DNA of 64,000 nt from a virus. The stretch lies in the IMG/VR virus record IMGVR_UViG_3300033549_000069, positions 24,828-88,827 of that record, one strand, 5' to 3'. A program made the translations under genes and the position numbers. Of this stretch, positions 55,783-64,000 are shown piece by piece; the first letter of the stretch is position 1; every line of letters starts with the position of its first letter. The notes below the pieces were generated by a model. That model was given only the letters and a program-made list of their open reading frames with translations. It was not told where the DNA came from and did no database searches.

Positions 55783-56506
55783 CTTCAGCCTGCACATAGG
55801 CAAACACGTCTTCCATCTTCGGCTTGCGCTTCCGCGTCTTCTTCACCGGCTCCGCTCCCTGTGGAGGCGGCGCAACCGACTTCTTGCCCTTGCCCGCCTT
55901 CGGCTTGGCCTTCGCCTTCTCCCCGCCGGATCGCGCCCCCGCCTTCTGCGCCTGCGCCGTGGCATAGGCGTGGCTCTCGCCGCCCTTGACGTGCTTCTTG
56001 TAGGTGTCCTGGGACGCCTTCCACGCCGCGTCCCCCGCCTTGCGGCCCTTGGTGTCCGCCACCTTCTTCGCCGCCGCATGGGCCTTCTTGCCCGCGTCCG
56101 TGAACCGATACGCCGCGCCCTGCACCGCCCGCTTGGCCGCCACGCCCTTCTGGACCGCCTTCTGCGCCCCCGCCACGGCCTTCTTGGCCGCGCCCCCCAC
56201 CACCTTGCCGCCCTTCACGATCTTGCCGAATACCATCTTCGCGCCCGGCGGCAACTTGCTCGCAATCTGCGTCTTCTTCTTGGCCATCCAGCTCCGAAAC
56301 CCCTCCAGCATATCGTCCTGGTCTTCGGATAGCGCCCCCGCCTCCGCCGCACCAATGAGCTGGGCCATGATCGCCAGACGCTCCACATCTTCCTCGTCGA
56401 ACACCTCGTCCAGAAGATCGTCGTCTGCTGCCAGGATCGCCTCGAAGAACTCCGCCTCATCCTGGGCAGTCTCCATGCTCTCAAACAGATCGTTCATGGT
56501 CGTCAT
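55778..56506 (-). CDS. leader-family protein with an acidic pro-region and a Lys/Ala-rich histone H1-like body
   Basis: MTTMNDLFES, ~65 aa D/E-rich segment, then AKKAVAGAQKAVQKG...KAKAKPKAGKGKK. Confidence 0.8.
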   Translation of the reverse strand: MTTMNDLFESMETAQDEAEFFEAILAADDDLLDEVFDEEDVERLAIMAQLIGAAEAGALSEDQDDMLEGFRSWMAKKKTQIASKLPPGAKMVFGKIVKGGKVVGGAAKKAVAGAQKAVQKGVAAKRAVQGAAYRFTDAGKKAHAAAKKVADTKGRKAGDAAWKASQDTYKKHVKGGESHAYATAQAQKAGARSGGEKAKAKPKAGKGKKSVAPPPQGAEPVKKTRKRKPKMEDVFAYVQAEA

Positions 56507-56518
56507 GGCAGTGCTCCT

Positions 56519-58051
56519 TCAGTCCAACATGCTGTAGGCGTGATAGTCCAGATCCGCTGCCGACATCGCCCGCAACAGCTCCCGGAACGTCATGCCCTTG
56601 ATCTCCGCTTGGTGCGACCCCACCCACGCATAGAACCGCGCAATCGCAGTCTTCTTCGCGCCGCCTACCGGCGGAATCACCGCCGTCACGTCCTGGCCGT
56701 CCGTCCCCGGCCGGGGCTTCTCCATCACGTCGAATTCCGTGCGCGACGCCTTCAGCGTGAACGTCGGCGTCTCGACCTGGATCGCGGACCCCGCCGCCGG
56801 TGCCATCGGCTCCACATCGACCCCGCGAAGATCGCGCTCCTCAATGCTCGCAAACGACATCCCGCGCTGTGAATCCTTCGCCGCTACCCCACGGGCAATG
56901 GCCACCGCCTGCGCATAGGTCTTCGCCTTCACGATGGCCTTCAACGCCTCGTTGATCTTCGCCACGTCCTTGGGATCGCGCTGGCCGTAGTCCAGGTTGA
57001 ACAGGGCGAACTCGGGGCACTTCTTGCCGCGCTTCCCCGCATTGGTGACGTCCGTCACGCGCAGGCTGGAATTGAAGCGGTGCATGCGCAGGTTGTCCCG
57101 CTCGATGGTCTGCCCCACTGCCAACCCCGCCTGCTGGTCAACGTAGAGCATCTCCTCGGCCTCGGGCAGCGCCGCTCGCCCCTCCCGCGCCACGTCCTCT
57201 TCCCGCACCTTGGACAGCGCCTTGAAGGCTGCCTCGTGCGCTCTGTACCCATCCTTGGTCAGCCGCTCGAATGCCGCCTCGACCTGCTTCCACCAACCGG
57301 CTACAGCCTGCCCCGCCGCTGCCGCCGACTTGAACTCCTTGCCGTCGAACATCGCCTCCCAGGTGGGCAGTCCCTTGCGGTCTACGCGCCACGCCTTCCC
57401 CGCATCGTCCTCCTGAATGATGCGCAGCGGCACGTCAACTGACCCCAACTTGAAGGTCCGCCCGTAGGCCGTCCGCTTGCCATTCGGGCTCGGGTGCTCG
57501 TCCCAGCCCTTGAGGTACAGCGCCTGGGCCTGCTTGTGCATGTCAAACGCCATCTCTTCGCCCATCGCCGCTGCCCCGCCCGGATCCACCATGTCCTTGC
57601 GTGCCCGTATCGCCGTCGAAAACTTGGGCGCGAAGTCCTTGGTCAGCGTCCCCTCCCGCGTCTTGTCCATGACCTTTTCCGCTATCGCGGTCGCGGCCCG
57701 CAACGCCTCCCGGTTCTCCTTGCGCTTCGGATCGCGGAGCAAGTCGACCTTGTGCGCATACGGCTTCGTGCTCAGCTTGGCCATCTCCGGCACGCCGCTG
57801 ATCAACTGCCAGTCGCCCTTGGGATTCTTCCACAGCGTCACAGCACCGCCGGTCTTCCCATCGACCCACACCACCCACTCGTCGGCCTTCGACGAATACT
57901 CAATCTCGTACCCAGCCTGCTCCATCATGACGGAAAGGAGATTGACGATGCGCCTGGCTTCTTCCGCCGCCGCCTTCTCGCCCTTGCCCTCGTATTGAAT
58001 CTCTCTCGCGGAAGCCATCAGATGGTTGAGTCTCTTAATCAGTCGTCTCAT
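56519..58051 (-). CDS. large multi-domain leader-like protein
   Basis: MRRLIKRL start with GAGGAGG RBS; C-terminal LRVTDVTNAGKRGK domain; function not recognised. Confidence 0.75.
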   Translation of the reverse strand: MRRLIKRLNHLMASAREIQYEGKGEKAAAEEARRIVNLLSVMMEQAGYEIEYSSKADEWVVWVDGKTGGAVTLWKNPKGDWQLISGVPEMAKLSTKPYAHKVDLLRDPKRKENREALRAATAIAEKVMDKTREGTLTKDFAPKFSTAIRARKDMVDPGGAAAMGEEMAFDMHKQAQALYLKGWDEHPSPNGKRTAYGRTFKLGSVDVPLRIIQEDDAGKAWRVDRKGLPTWEAMFDGKEFKSAAAAGQAVAGWWKQVEAAFERLTKDGYRAHEAAFKALSKVREEDVAREGRAALPEAEEMLYVDQQAGLAVGQTIERDNLRMHRFNSSLRVTDVTNAGKRGKKCPEFALFNLDYGQRDPKDVAKINEALKAIVKAKTYAQAVAIARGVAAKDSQRGMSFASIEERDLRGVDVEPMAPAAGSAIQVETPTFTLKASRTEFDVMEKPRPGTDGQDVTAVIPPVGGAKKTAIARFYAWVGSHQAEIKGMTFRELLRAMSAADLDYHAYSMLD

Positions 58052-58053
58052 CA

Positions 58054-58094
58054 CGTCCTCCTCATGTCACGCTCAGCAGGGCGAATTCCGTCAC
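58054..58094 (-). repeat. T3: orphan copy of the tail tube 3' end (TEFALLSVT*) plus RBS
   Basis: 29/32 identity to 58566-58597. Confidence 0.85.
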
Positions 58095-58134
58095 GGACGA
58101 ACACTCAGTCCTGCGGATAATCAGCGTCCTTGCT

Positions 58135-58563
58135 TTACTTCCTCTGAGTTGAGACAATCCGAACGCCATGAATCAAGAGATTACCACTTCCTTTTATGTC
58201 TATCGCTGCGTTCCAAGGGAACGCCCGTTTTGTCCAATTACTTAATTTCTCAAAATACTCGTCATATGCGCCAGTATTAGGTTTCAGTGCCTCGGGTGGC
58301 GCGACCACCTCGATTTCCATACTAAGCATATTCCCATTCGGAGAAATATCGACATTCACATCCAACCCCCGTAGTCCCATGATGGCATCCAACTCCAGCA
58401 AGATCTCGTGCTCTACTTTGCGTATGAGACCATTCAGTTCTGAATGATTCTTCTCAATCTGCTTGAACATGTCAGGAACCTTGGACTTACCCATGGCACC
58501 ACTGGCCTCATCCATCTCTATCGACCCAATAACGTCCTGAATCTGTTCGATCAACTTCCTCAT
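58135..58563 (-). CDS. AT-rich leader-family protein
   Basis: MRKLIEQIQ...MDEA; flanked by T2 and T3. Confidence 0.75.
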   Translation of the reverse strand: MRKLIEQIQDVIGSIEMDEASGAMGKSKVPDMFKQIEKNHSELNGLIRKVEHEILLELDAIMGLRGLDVNVDISPNGNMLSMEIEVVAPPEALKPNTGAYDEYFEKLSNWTKRAFPWNAAIDIKGSGNLLIHGVRIVSTQRK

Positions 58564-58573
58564 CGCGTCCTCC

Positions 58574-59587
58574 TCACGTCACGCTCAGGAGCGCGAATAG
58601 CCCATGCTTACGCTCACTGCGCATTGTCTCGATACTATCACCCCACAACCACTGGCCCCACAAGCGAGCACGATCTCCATACAGAACAACGGTGTGTCTA
58701 TCCGCATGCGTTTTCTTACGTGCCTTGCCATGCTGAACCTTCGGCCGCCGACCAGCGATCTGCGCCATCCGATCTGCAATGGACTCAATGATCGATTTCG
58801 CTGCAAGCCCAATCCCGATGACAGGCTTCATCGGATCACGCCCCACCCATCCATCCGCATCGAACAGACCGCGCAAAAAATGTGTCTCCAATTCGACTGG
58901 CAGAGACCTCGGCCACACCAGCGTGCGCGCCTTAGCAGGCGTCACCCCCCACCGTGCGATGTTCCGTGCCAACCGCATGCTTCCGATCTCTGCAATGAAA
59001 CATCCGCCTTTTTTATTGACCGGATGCTCACTGCCAAGAATCGCCAACACCTTGCACACGACATCCTCATCCCCACACACACCTACGCCATGCTCCACAC
59101 CATTGGCCCGAGCAATCCACCCGTTTCCGTAAATGACCCCCAGCGCCCATGCCCGTGGAACGTCTAGCTCCCCATCGAAGGCCGCCTCGTTGACCGCGTA
59201 CTGGCGCATACGCTGCGAAGTCGCATCCGCTGCCAATATCGCCGCCTCTTTCCGAGTACGTAGGATGCCCGCACGCTCTATGACGCCCATCACAAAGCCA
59301 ACCGGAACACCCATTTCTTTGGCAATAGCCGTCGTCCCCATCCCGTCGCAATACAGCGCCTCGGCCTGCTCACATACCGCTCTCCCACGGAATCGTCCAA
59401 GCCCTCGCTCCACCGCCAACGCATGCGATGCCGCATGACTCCTCATGCGCATCCCAGAAGCAGTTACCCAGTTGCTAACGGACTGCACCGAGGCACTCAT
59501 ACGAGTTGCCACCGCTCCCAAGGATTCCCCGCCAACGTATGCGGCTACCGCTTCCATCCGTTCCTGCTCACTAAATCTCTTTCCCAT
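58574..59587 (-). mobile_element. free-standing double-motif LAGLIDADG homing endonuclease with N-terminal HTH repeats
   Basis: Start MGKRFS at 59587 (GGAGG); VNEAAFD...WALGVIYGNG and HFLRGLFDADGWV; ends FALLSVT like the tail tube. Confidence 0.85.
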
Positions 59588-59622
59588 GGCACACCTCCGA
59601 TTTGGAGATTGTACCGTTTTCT

Positions 59623-60186
59623 TTACGTAACAGACAAGAGACAAAACTCGGTCATCGCGTGAGCTTGCACATCGAGTTCCATGATGCTCACATCCCCCGT
59701 CATCGCGTCCAGGTCCGTGCCCGCCTTGTAGCGGATCGGTATTGCGTCCCACAACAACCAAGCTCGGCCCGGCAGGAACTGCGCGACCTCCCACGCCTCG
59801 ATGGCCACGGGCAGGTCCACGCTCACCCCCAGGGCGTTCGCCACGTTGATGTTCGTGTACTGCAACAGCAGCAGGTTGCGCGGCACCATGTCGTACCCAC
59901 GAATCGCCCGCTCTACCCACATCATGAACGTGTCGTCATACGCCCTCGCACCGCGCGTCAGCGTGATCTGCCCAACACTCCCGCCGCTGTAGGCGTACCG
60001 CTTGTACATTGAGTTGACCTGCTTGATCTCGTCCACCTCAAGCGTCACCTCCGGCATCGTGATCGACTGGAATCCCATGATAGGGGCTCCCATCACGTAG
60101 AACGGAAACGTCGAGGAAGGGATCATGTCTACCAGCCAAAAGCGGTAGGACTGAAGCAGATCTTCCAATGGATGGCGACTCGGCAT
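59623..60186 (-). CDS. tail tube protein 2 (T4 gp19-like)
   Basis: GFQSITMPEVTLEVDEIKQ...VGQITLTRG...F..W...P..YK.GTDLDA..GDV.I.EL. Confidence 0.85.
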   Translation of the reverse strand: MPSRHPLEDLLQSYRFWLVDMIPSSTFPFYVMGAPIMGFQSITMPEVTLEVDEIKQVNSMYKRYAYSGGSVGQITLTRGARAYDDTFMMWVERAIRGYDMVPRNLLLLQYTNINVANALGVSVDLPVAIEAWEVAQFLPGRAWLLWDAIPIRYKAGTDLDAMTGDVSIMELDVQAHAMTEFCLLSVT

Positions 60187-60225
60187 GTGGGTATCACGCG
60201 GCCTCCTCGCCCGCCGCCTCGTGTA

Positions 60226-60765
60226 CTATTTGGTCAGCAGTTCGAAGCTCTCCAACGCGAAGTCCACCTCGGCCAGCGATACCTCGCCGGACATCGAATC
60301 GAAATCCGCCGCCGGCTTGGCTCTGGTCGGAGCGCAGTTGTGGCAAAGCACCCGCCGCATGTCGGTACTGGTCGCCGACTTCGATGCGCTGCCCATCTCC
60401 GCCCTCTGGTAATGCCAGATCGTGACGTCCATGCGGTACTCGACGCCCGTCACTGCCCCGTAAACCCAGTCGAAGAACGCGGTGTCCTTCTTGGCGATGC
60501 CGCGCATCAGCGTGCAGTCGCTCACGGTCGGGGGGCCAGGGTACTTCTGCGTCCAGGTGAAGGTGCCCTCGCGGTACTCCACCGGCTCCAACGACAGCTC
60601 GGGCAAGGTCACGCTCTGGAACCCTGCCTCTGCCCCGCCCTCGAACGGCTCGCCGCCTTCCGCGCCACGGATGAACCCAGGCTGGAGAAGATCCTTGCCA
60701 TCGCGGTTCTTGCCACGGACGTGGAATCGGAATCCCTGCATCAGATCGTCTACTGCTGCGCGCAT
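60226..60765 (-). CDS. tail tube protein 1 (T4 gp19-like)
   Basis: AGFQSVTLPELSLEPVEYREG...KYPG.....TLMRG....FFDW...DFDSMSGEV...EV. Confidence 0.9.
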   Translation of the reverse strand: MRAAVDDLMQGFRFHVRGKNRDGKDLLQPGFIRGAEGGEPFEGGAEAGFQSVTLPELSLEPVEYREGTFTWTQKYPGPPTVSDCTLMRGIAKKDTAFFDWVYGAVTGVEYRMDVTIWHYQRAEMGSASKSATSTDMRRVLCHNCAPTRAKPAADFDSMSGEVSLAEVDFALESFELLTK

Positions 60766-60783
60766 CGTATTCTCCTCGCCGCC

Positions 60784-61275
60784 CTACGGCTGCTTAGGCG
60801 GAGGGAGCAAGCCCTCGCCCAACACTTTGACTTCAAATGCGTCCGTTCGCCAACCCGACGACGCGAACGCGACAAGCCGGCCCGCGCTCGACAGCGCGTT
60901 CGTGCCGACCACCTGAATCGCCCACCCCGGAAGCACGAGCAACCCGCCGTTCTCCTCCGGGGTGTACTGGCCCGCCACCGCCGTGATCGCGGCCAGCTCG
61001 TAGGACACGGCATCATCATCGATCAGGTTGACCTTGATCCCGCCTACGCCCGGCAGGTTCCACACCAATCGCTCCAGCCTCCAGCCGTACCGCAATACGG
61101 CAGGCAGTCGAAACAACCCAGCCGCCGTACAGACAGTCCACTTACGATACTGCCCACTGAACAGAGTCTCGCCGCTGTCCACCATTGCCACGCCAGAAGG
61201 CTCAACTCCACTGACGCTGCCGCCATTGTTCACAGCCTGCAACAGGACTTGGGGGATTCGACGAATCTCGCTCAT
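60784..61275 (-). CDS. hypothetical protein between sheath and tube
   Basis: 163-aa ORF with GGAG RBS. Confidence 0.65.
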   Translation of the reverse strand: MSEIRRIPQVLLQAVNNGGSVSGVEPSGVAMVDSGETLFSGQYRKWTVCTAAGLFRLPAVLRYGWRLERLVWNLPGVGGIKVNLIDDDAVSYELAAITAVAGQYTPEENGGLLVLPGWAIQVVGTNALSSAGRLVAFASSGWRTDAFEVKVLGEGLLPPPKQP

Positions 61276-61298
61276 GTTTTCGCTCCTAACCTATTGAT

Positions 61299-64000
61299 TT
61301 ACTTCAAGCTTTTTTGTGAGAATCTGAACACGATGAACTCGGCGGGCTTGTTCGCTGCGATGCCAACGTCGCAGTACACGATGCCCTGATCGACCGTGTT
61401 CTGCGGGTTGTTGGTGCGATTGCACACCACGAAGAACGACTCCTCCGGTGTGTTCCCCGCGAAATATCCGCCCTGCTGGAGGCCAGCCAGGAACGTCACC
61501 AACTGCGTGCTGATGTCGTTCCAAAGCTGCGGACCGTTGTTCTTGAAGACGTGGATGTGTGTCGATTTGAAGACCGACTTCTCCACGAACATGAACAGTC
61601 TCCGCATCTGGAGGTACGGCCACTCGCCGCCGGAAGCGTCCAGCGACCTCGCGCCCCAAACCACACGTCCCGTCTGCGGCCACTGCACAAGGCAATTGAT
61701 CTTGTTCTCTGTCAACACGCCCACCTGTGCAGGAGTCAACGTGTACTCAAGACCAGTGGCCCACGCCAGAACGCCGTCTTCCATGCCCGCCGGAGCCTTG
61801 CCCACGTTCTTCGCCGCATCGGTACGCGCATAGACGCCAGCAACGTGACCGCCCGGAGGCACGTCCACATTGGTGCCCGTGAGCGGGTCGCGGATCTTGA
61901 TGTGGGGGTAGTACATCGCGCCGAAGCTGGAATAGCGATTCAGCGTGAAGCGCTTCCATGTCACCGCCGTCTGGTACTCCATGCCAAATGGCACCGTCGC
62001 AATGACGAACTTGTCCTTCATCAGCTCTGCGTAGGTGAGCAAGGTGTCGATGACGTAGGTGTCCGTCTGGAAATCCGCAGCCACAAGCTGCATCAACTCG
62101 TCCACCTGGCCAAAGCTGTACAGGGCTCGCATGTCCGCCGCGAGTAGCGGGCTCACGATGTCGTCCGAATCCGTGGCGCTTCCGTCCGAGCCGCCATCAA
62201 ACAGGCCCAAGATGCTGCTCTGTGGAACGGTGTAGTAGTCCGCCGTCTGTCCGCCACCGAAGCCGTCCGTGCCGTTGATGGTCTCTACAGTGATGCCCAA
62301 CGCCGTCAGGCCCACCGTGAAGTCCAGCTCGGAAAGAACACCTGTGGTCGGAGACGTGATCGTGAACGACCCGTCGATGTTGGCCGTCACGTCCGCCGTG
62401 GTCGCCAGCTCCACCGCCGCCTTCACCTCTGTGTTCAACACCGCGTCGATGTTGGCCACGTTGCCCGTGCCCGCCGTGGTGCCAGCCGTATGCCCGATGA
62501 GCGTCGCCAGGTTCGGAGACCCCGCGATGATCTGCACCGACGATCCCGTGCCCGCGCTGTCGGACTTGATGTCCACGCCCGTGCCGCCGCCGGTCTCCAC
62601 CGCGCTACCGCCGGAGATCACGCCGTTGATGAGGTTGGCGATCTCCAGGGCAAGCGTGAGGCCCGCGCCCGCCGTGACTACGTAGGAGTTGCCGTCGATC
62701 ACGATGGTGCAGTTCTCGCCGCCCGTCGTGGCGACAATCGGGAACACCGCACCGCCAACCCGAGTCGCCTTCGTGCCCGTGAAGGCCACCGCCACCGCGC
62801 CCGCCCCGTTCACCTTGACCGAGAAAGAGTCACCCGTGTTCAGATTGTATGGGCCAACTGCGCCGACCTTGGCCGCTGCCGTGGGCGAGGTCGCCACGCC
62901 GCAAGGACCAGCGCCGGGATTCCCGGAAATCTTCCAGGTGAGAGTCAGCTCTCCAGAAGCATAGTCGATGGTGTTCGTGCCAGAGGCGTTGAGTTGGAAC
63001 TTCCCGGGGACGCCTACGAGCGGCGGGGTCAACGAGGCCGGATCGACGATGTACGCATTGCCCTGTCCGTCGTCTCCCACCGTCACAGGCTGCGCATAGA
63101 CGCAATCCAGAAGCAGCGGGCTGTTCGCCACGAAGGTGTCCGCCATGGGCGTGATGTCGAGAACGATGGCTCCGGTCGTGTAGTTCACCGTTCCGACCTG
63201 GGTCGCGCCGGACATGATGTGCGAAGCACCGTCGTCGGTCAACGTGGTGGCTCCCGCTCCCGTCAGCGTGCAGGTGATTTGGACGCTGTTCGCATCCACC
63301 GCCGCCTGCTGCCAGGTGAGGATCGGAACCGCCGAAGCCGGGCTCGCGCCAATTCCGATGGACAGCGCCAGCGGGCCTCCAGGGCTCGAAGGATTGCCCT
63401 CGACGAATTGGAACTCCGCCTTCAACGTGGTCGGAGATACCTCGTTGGCGAGGATGTACTTCCAGCCCTTCCAAACACCGTCGTAAGCGGCCGGCACGGT
63501 GCCAGACCCATCGCTGTGCTGCTGCATCGACGAGAGATCCTCGCCCGTGATGGCATCGCCTGCCAGCTCCGGCGGATTGATCTGATTGCCGTAGTCCGTG
63601 ACGCGAACGTACTGCGACCCGTTGATCGCATCGTTCATGACGAGCACGATGTAGTTCTTGCTGGTCGGATCGTCGAGCACCACGTCCGCGAATGTCTCCA
63701 ACGTGGACCAAGATCGATTCAGCGGATCTCCGTTTAGGTCTTCCTGCACAACTGCGGTATGCCGCGTCCACCTGGCCTGTGCGGAGACCATGTAGTCGTC
63801 GCTGCCGTTCTGGAGCTGCACGCGGAAGTTGTCGCCGACCACGCCCGGCCACTTCATCTCGAAGCGCAAGACGCGATACGTGTAAGCCGCCGTGATCGAG
63901 TTCGGCGCTCCGGTGAACTCACCGGGAACCGCCAACTGGATCGACACCTCGCCGGTCACGTAGTCGATGGACCCAGAGCCACCAGATCCCGCGCCAACCG
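61299..64000 (-). CDS. tail sheath protein (5'-truncated by the window edge)
   Basis: YYPHIKIRDP, VPPGGHVAGVYARTD..KNVGKAPAG, VVWGARSL...YLQMRRLF.FVE, KPAEFIVFRFSQ; frame open to 64000. Confidence 0.95.
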   Translation of the reverse strand, partial: VGAGSGGSGSIDYVTGEVSIQLAVPGEFTGAPNSITAAYTYRVLRFEMKWPGVVGDNFRVQLQNGSDDYMVSAQARWTRHTAVVQEDLNGDPLNRSWSTLETFADVVLDDPTSKNYIVLVMNDAINGSQYVRVTDYGNQINPPELAGDAITGEDLSSMQQHSDGSGTVPAAYDGVWKGWKYILANEVSPTTLKAEFQFVEGNPSSPGGPLALSIGIGASPASAVPILTWQQAAVDANSVQITCTLTGAGATTLTDDGASHIMSGATQVGTVNYTTGAIVLDITPMADTFVANSPLLLDCVYAQPVTVGDDGQGNAYIVDPASLTPPLVGVPGKFQLNASGTNTIDYASGELTLTWKISGNPGAGPCGVATSPTAAAKVGAVGPYNLNTGDSFSVKVNGAGAVAVAFTGTKATRVGGAVFPIVATTGGENCTIVIDGNSYVVTAGAGLTLALEIANLINGVISGGSAVETGGGTGVDIKSDSAGTGSSVQIIAGSPNLATLIGHTAGTTAGTGNVANIDAVLNTEVKAAVELATTADVTANIDGSFTITSPTTGVLSELDFTVGLTALGITVETINGTDGFGGGQTADYYTVPQSSILGLFDGGSDGSATDSDDIVSPLLAADMRALYSFGQVDELMQLVAADFQTDTYVIDTLLTYAELMKDKFVIATVPFGMEYQTAVTWKRFTLNRYSSFGAMYYPHIKIRDPLTGTNVDVPPGGHVAGVYARTDAAKNVGKAPAGMEDGVLAWATGLEYTLTPAQVGVLTENKINCLVQWPQTGRVVWGARSLDASGGEWPYLQMRRLFMFVEKSVFKSTHIHVFKNNGPQLWNDISTQLVTFLAGLQQGGYFAGNTPEESFFVVCNRTNNPQNTVDQGIVYCDVGIAANKPAEFIVFRFSQKSLK

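Noticed and set aside
50303-59655. Classical integron
   Set aside because: No tyrosine integrase and no attC-like inverted R/L boxes; the repeats are copies of neighbouring coding ends
58574-59920. ORF-track 448-aa version of the endonuclease
   Set aside because: The extension overlaps the tail tube gene; the RBS supports a start at 59587
1-64000. Stop-codon reassignment, tRNA or rRNA genes
   Set aside because: Recognisable genes are full-length under the standard code with all three stops used; no cloverleaf or rRNA signature seen by eye (tRNAscan not run)

Overview
High-GC segment of a large contractile-tailed (myovirus-type) phage or prophage genome, almost entirely on the minus strand. 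From right to left it holds a tail sheath (partial), two tail-tube paralogs and a LAGLIDADG homing endonuclease. Next comes a ~14 kb accessory island (46-59.6 kb) that splits the tail operon. After it are the tail assembly chaperone with a -1 frameshift site, tape measure, LysM-like protein, hub, spike, gp25-like and baseplate J genes. Then follow duplicated fibre/appendage genes, two giant tail fibres (one with a C-terminal peptidase S74 chaperone), a holin-like gene, a P2 gpI-like wedge, a CIS-tube protein, two permuted NlpC/P60 (YiiX-like) paralogs and a spanin-like pair. The most unusual part is the island. About 14 unrelated small genes share an N-terminal leader (M-x-T-M-R-x-L-x-E...I/L-x-E-A) resembling the capsid-targeting, prohead-protease-cleaved leaders of T4 internal proteins. 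The AT-rich members sit between 24-48 bp direct repeats copied from the 3' end or leader of the neighbouring gene, giving a repeat-gene-repeat cassette array. Other unexplained structure includes an 11-copy 20-bp palindrome (core CGAAC-N4-GTTCG), a 26-bp exact intergenic duplication 44 kb apart, and long G-U-supported hairpins with CCUCCCC loops. All product names come from motif recognition by eye, not database searches; the host cannot be determined from this window.
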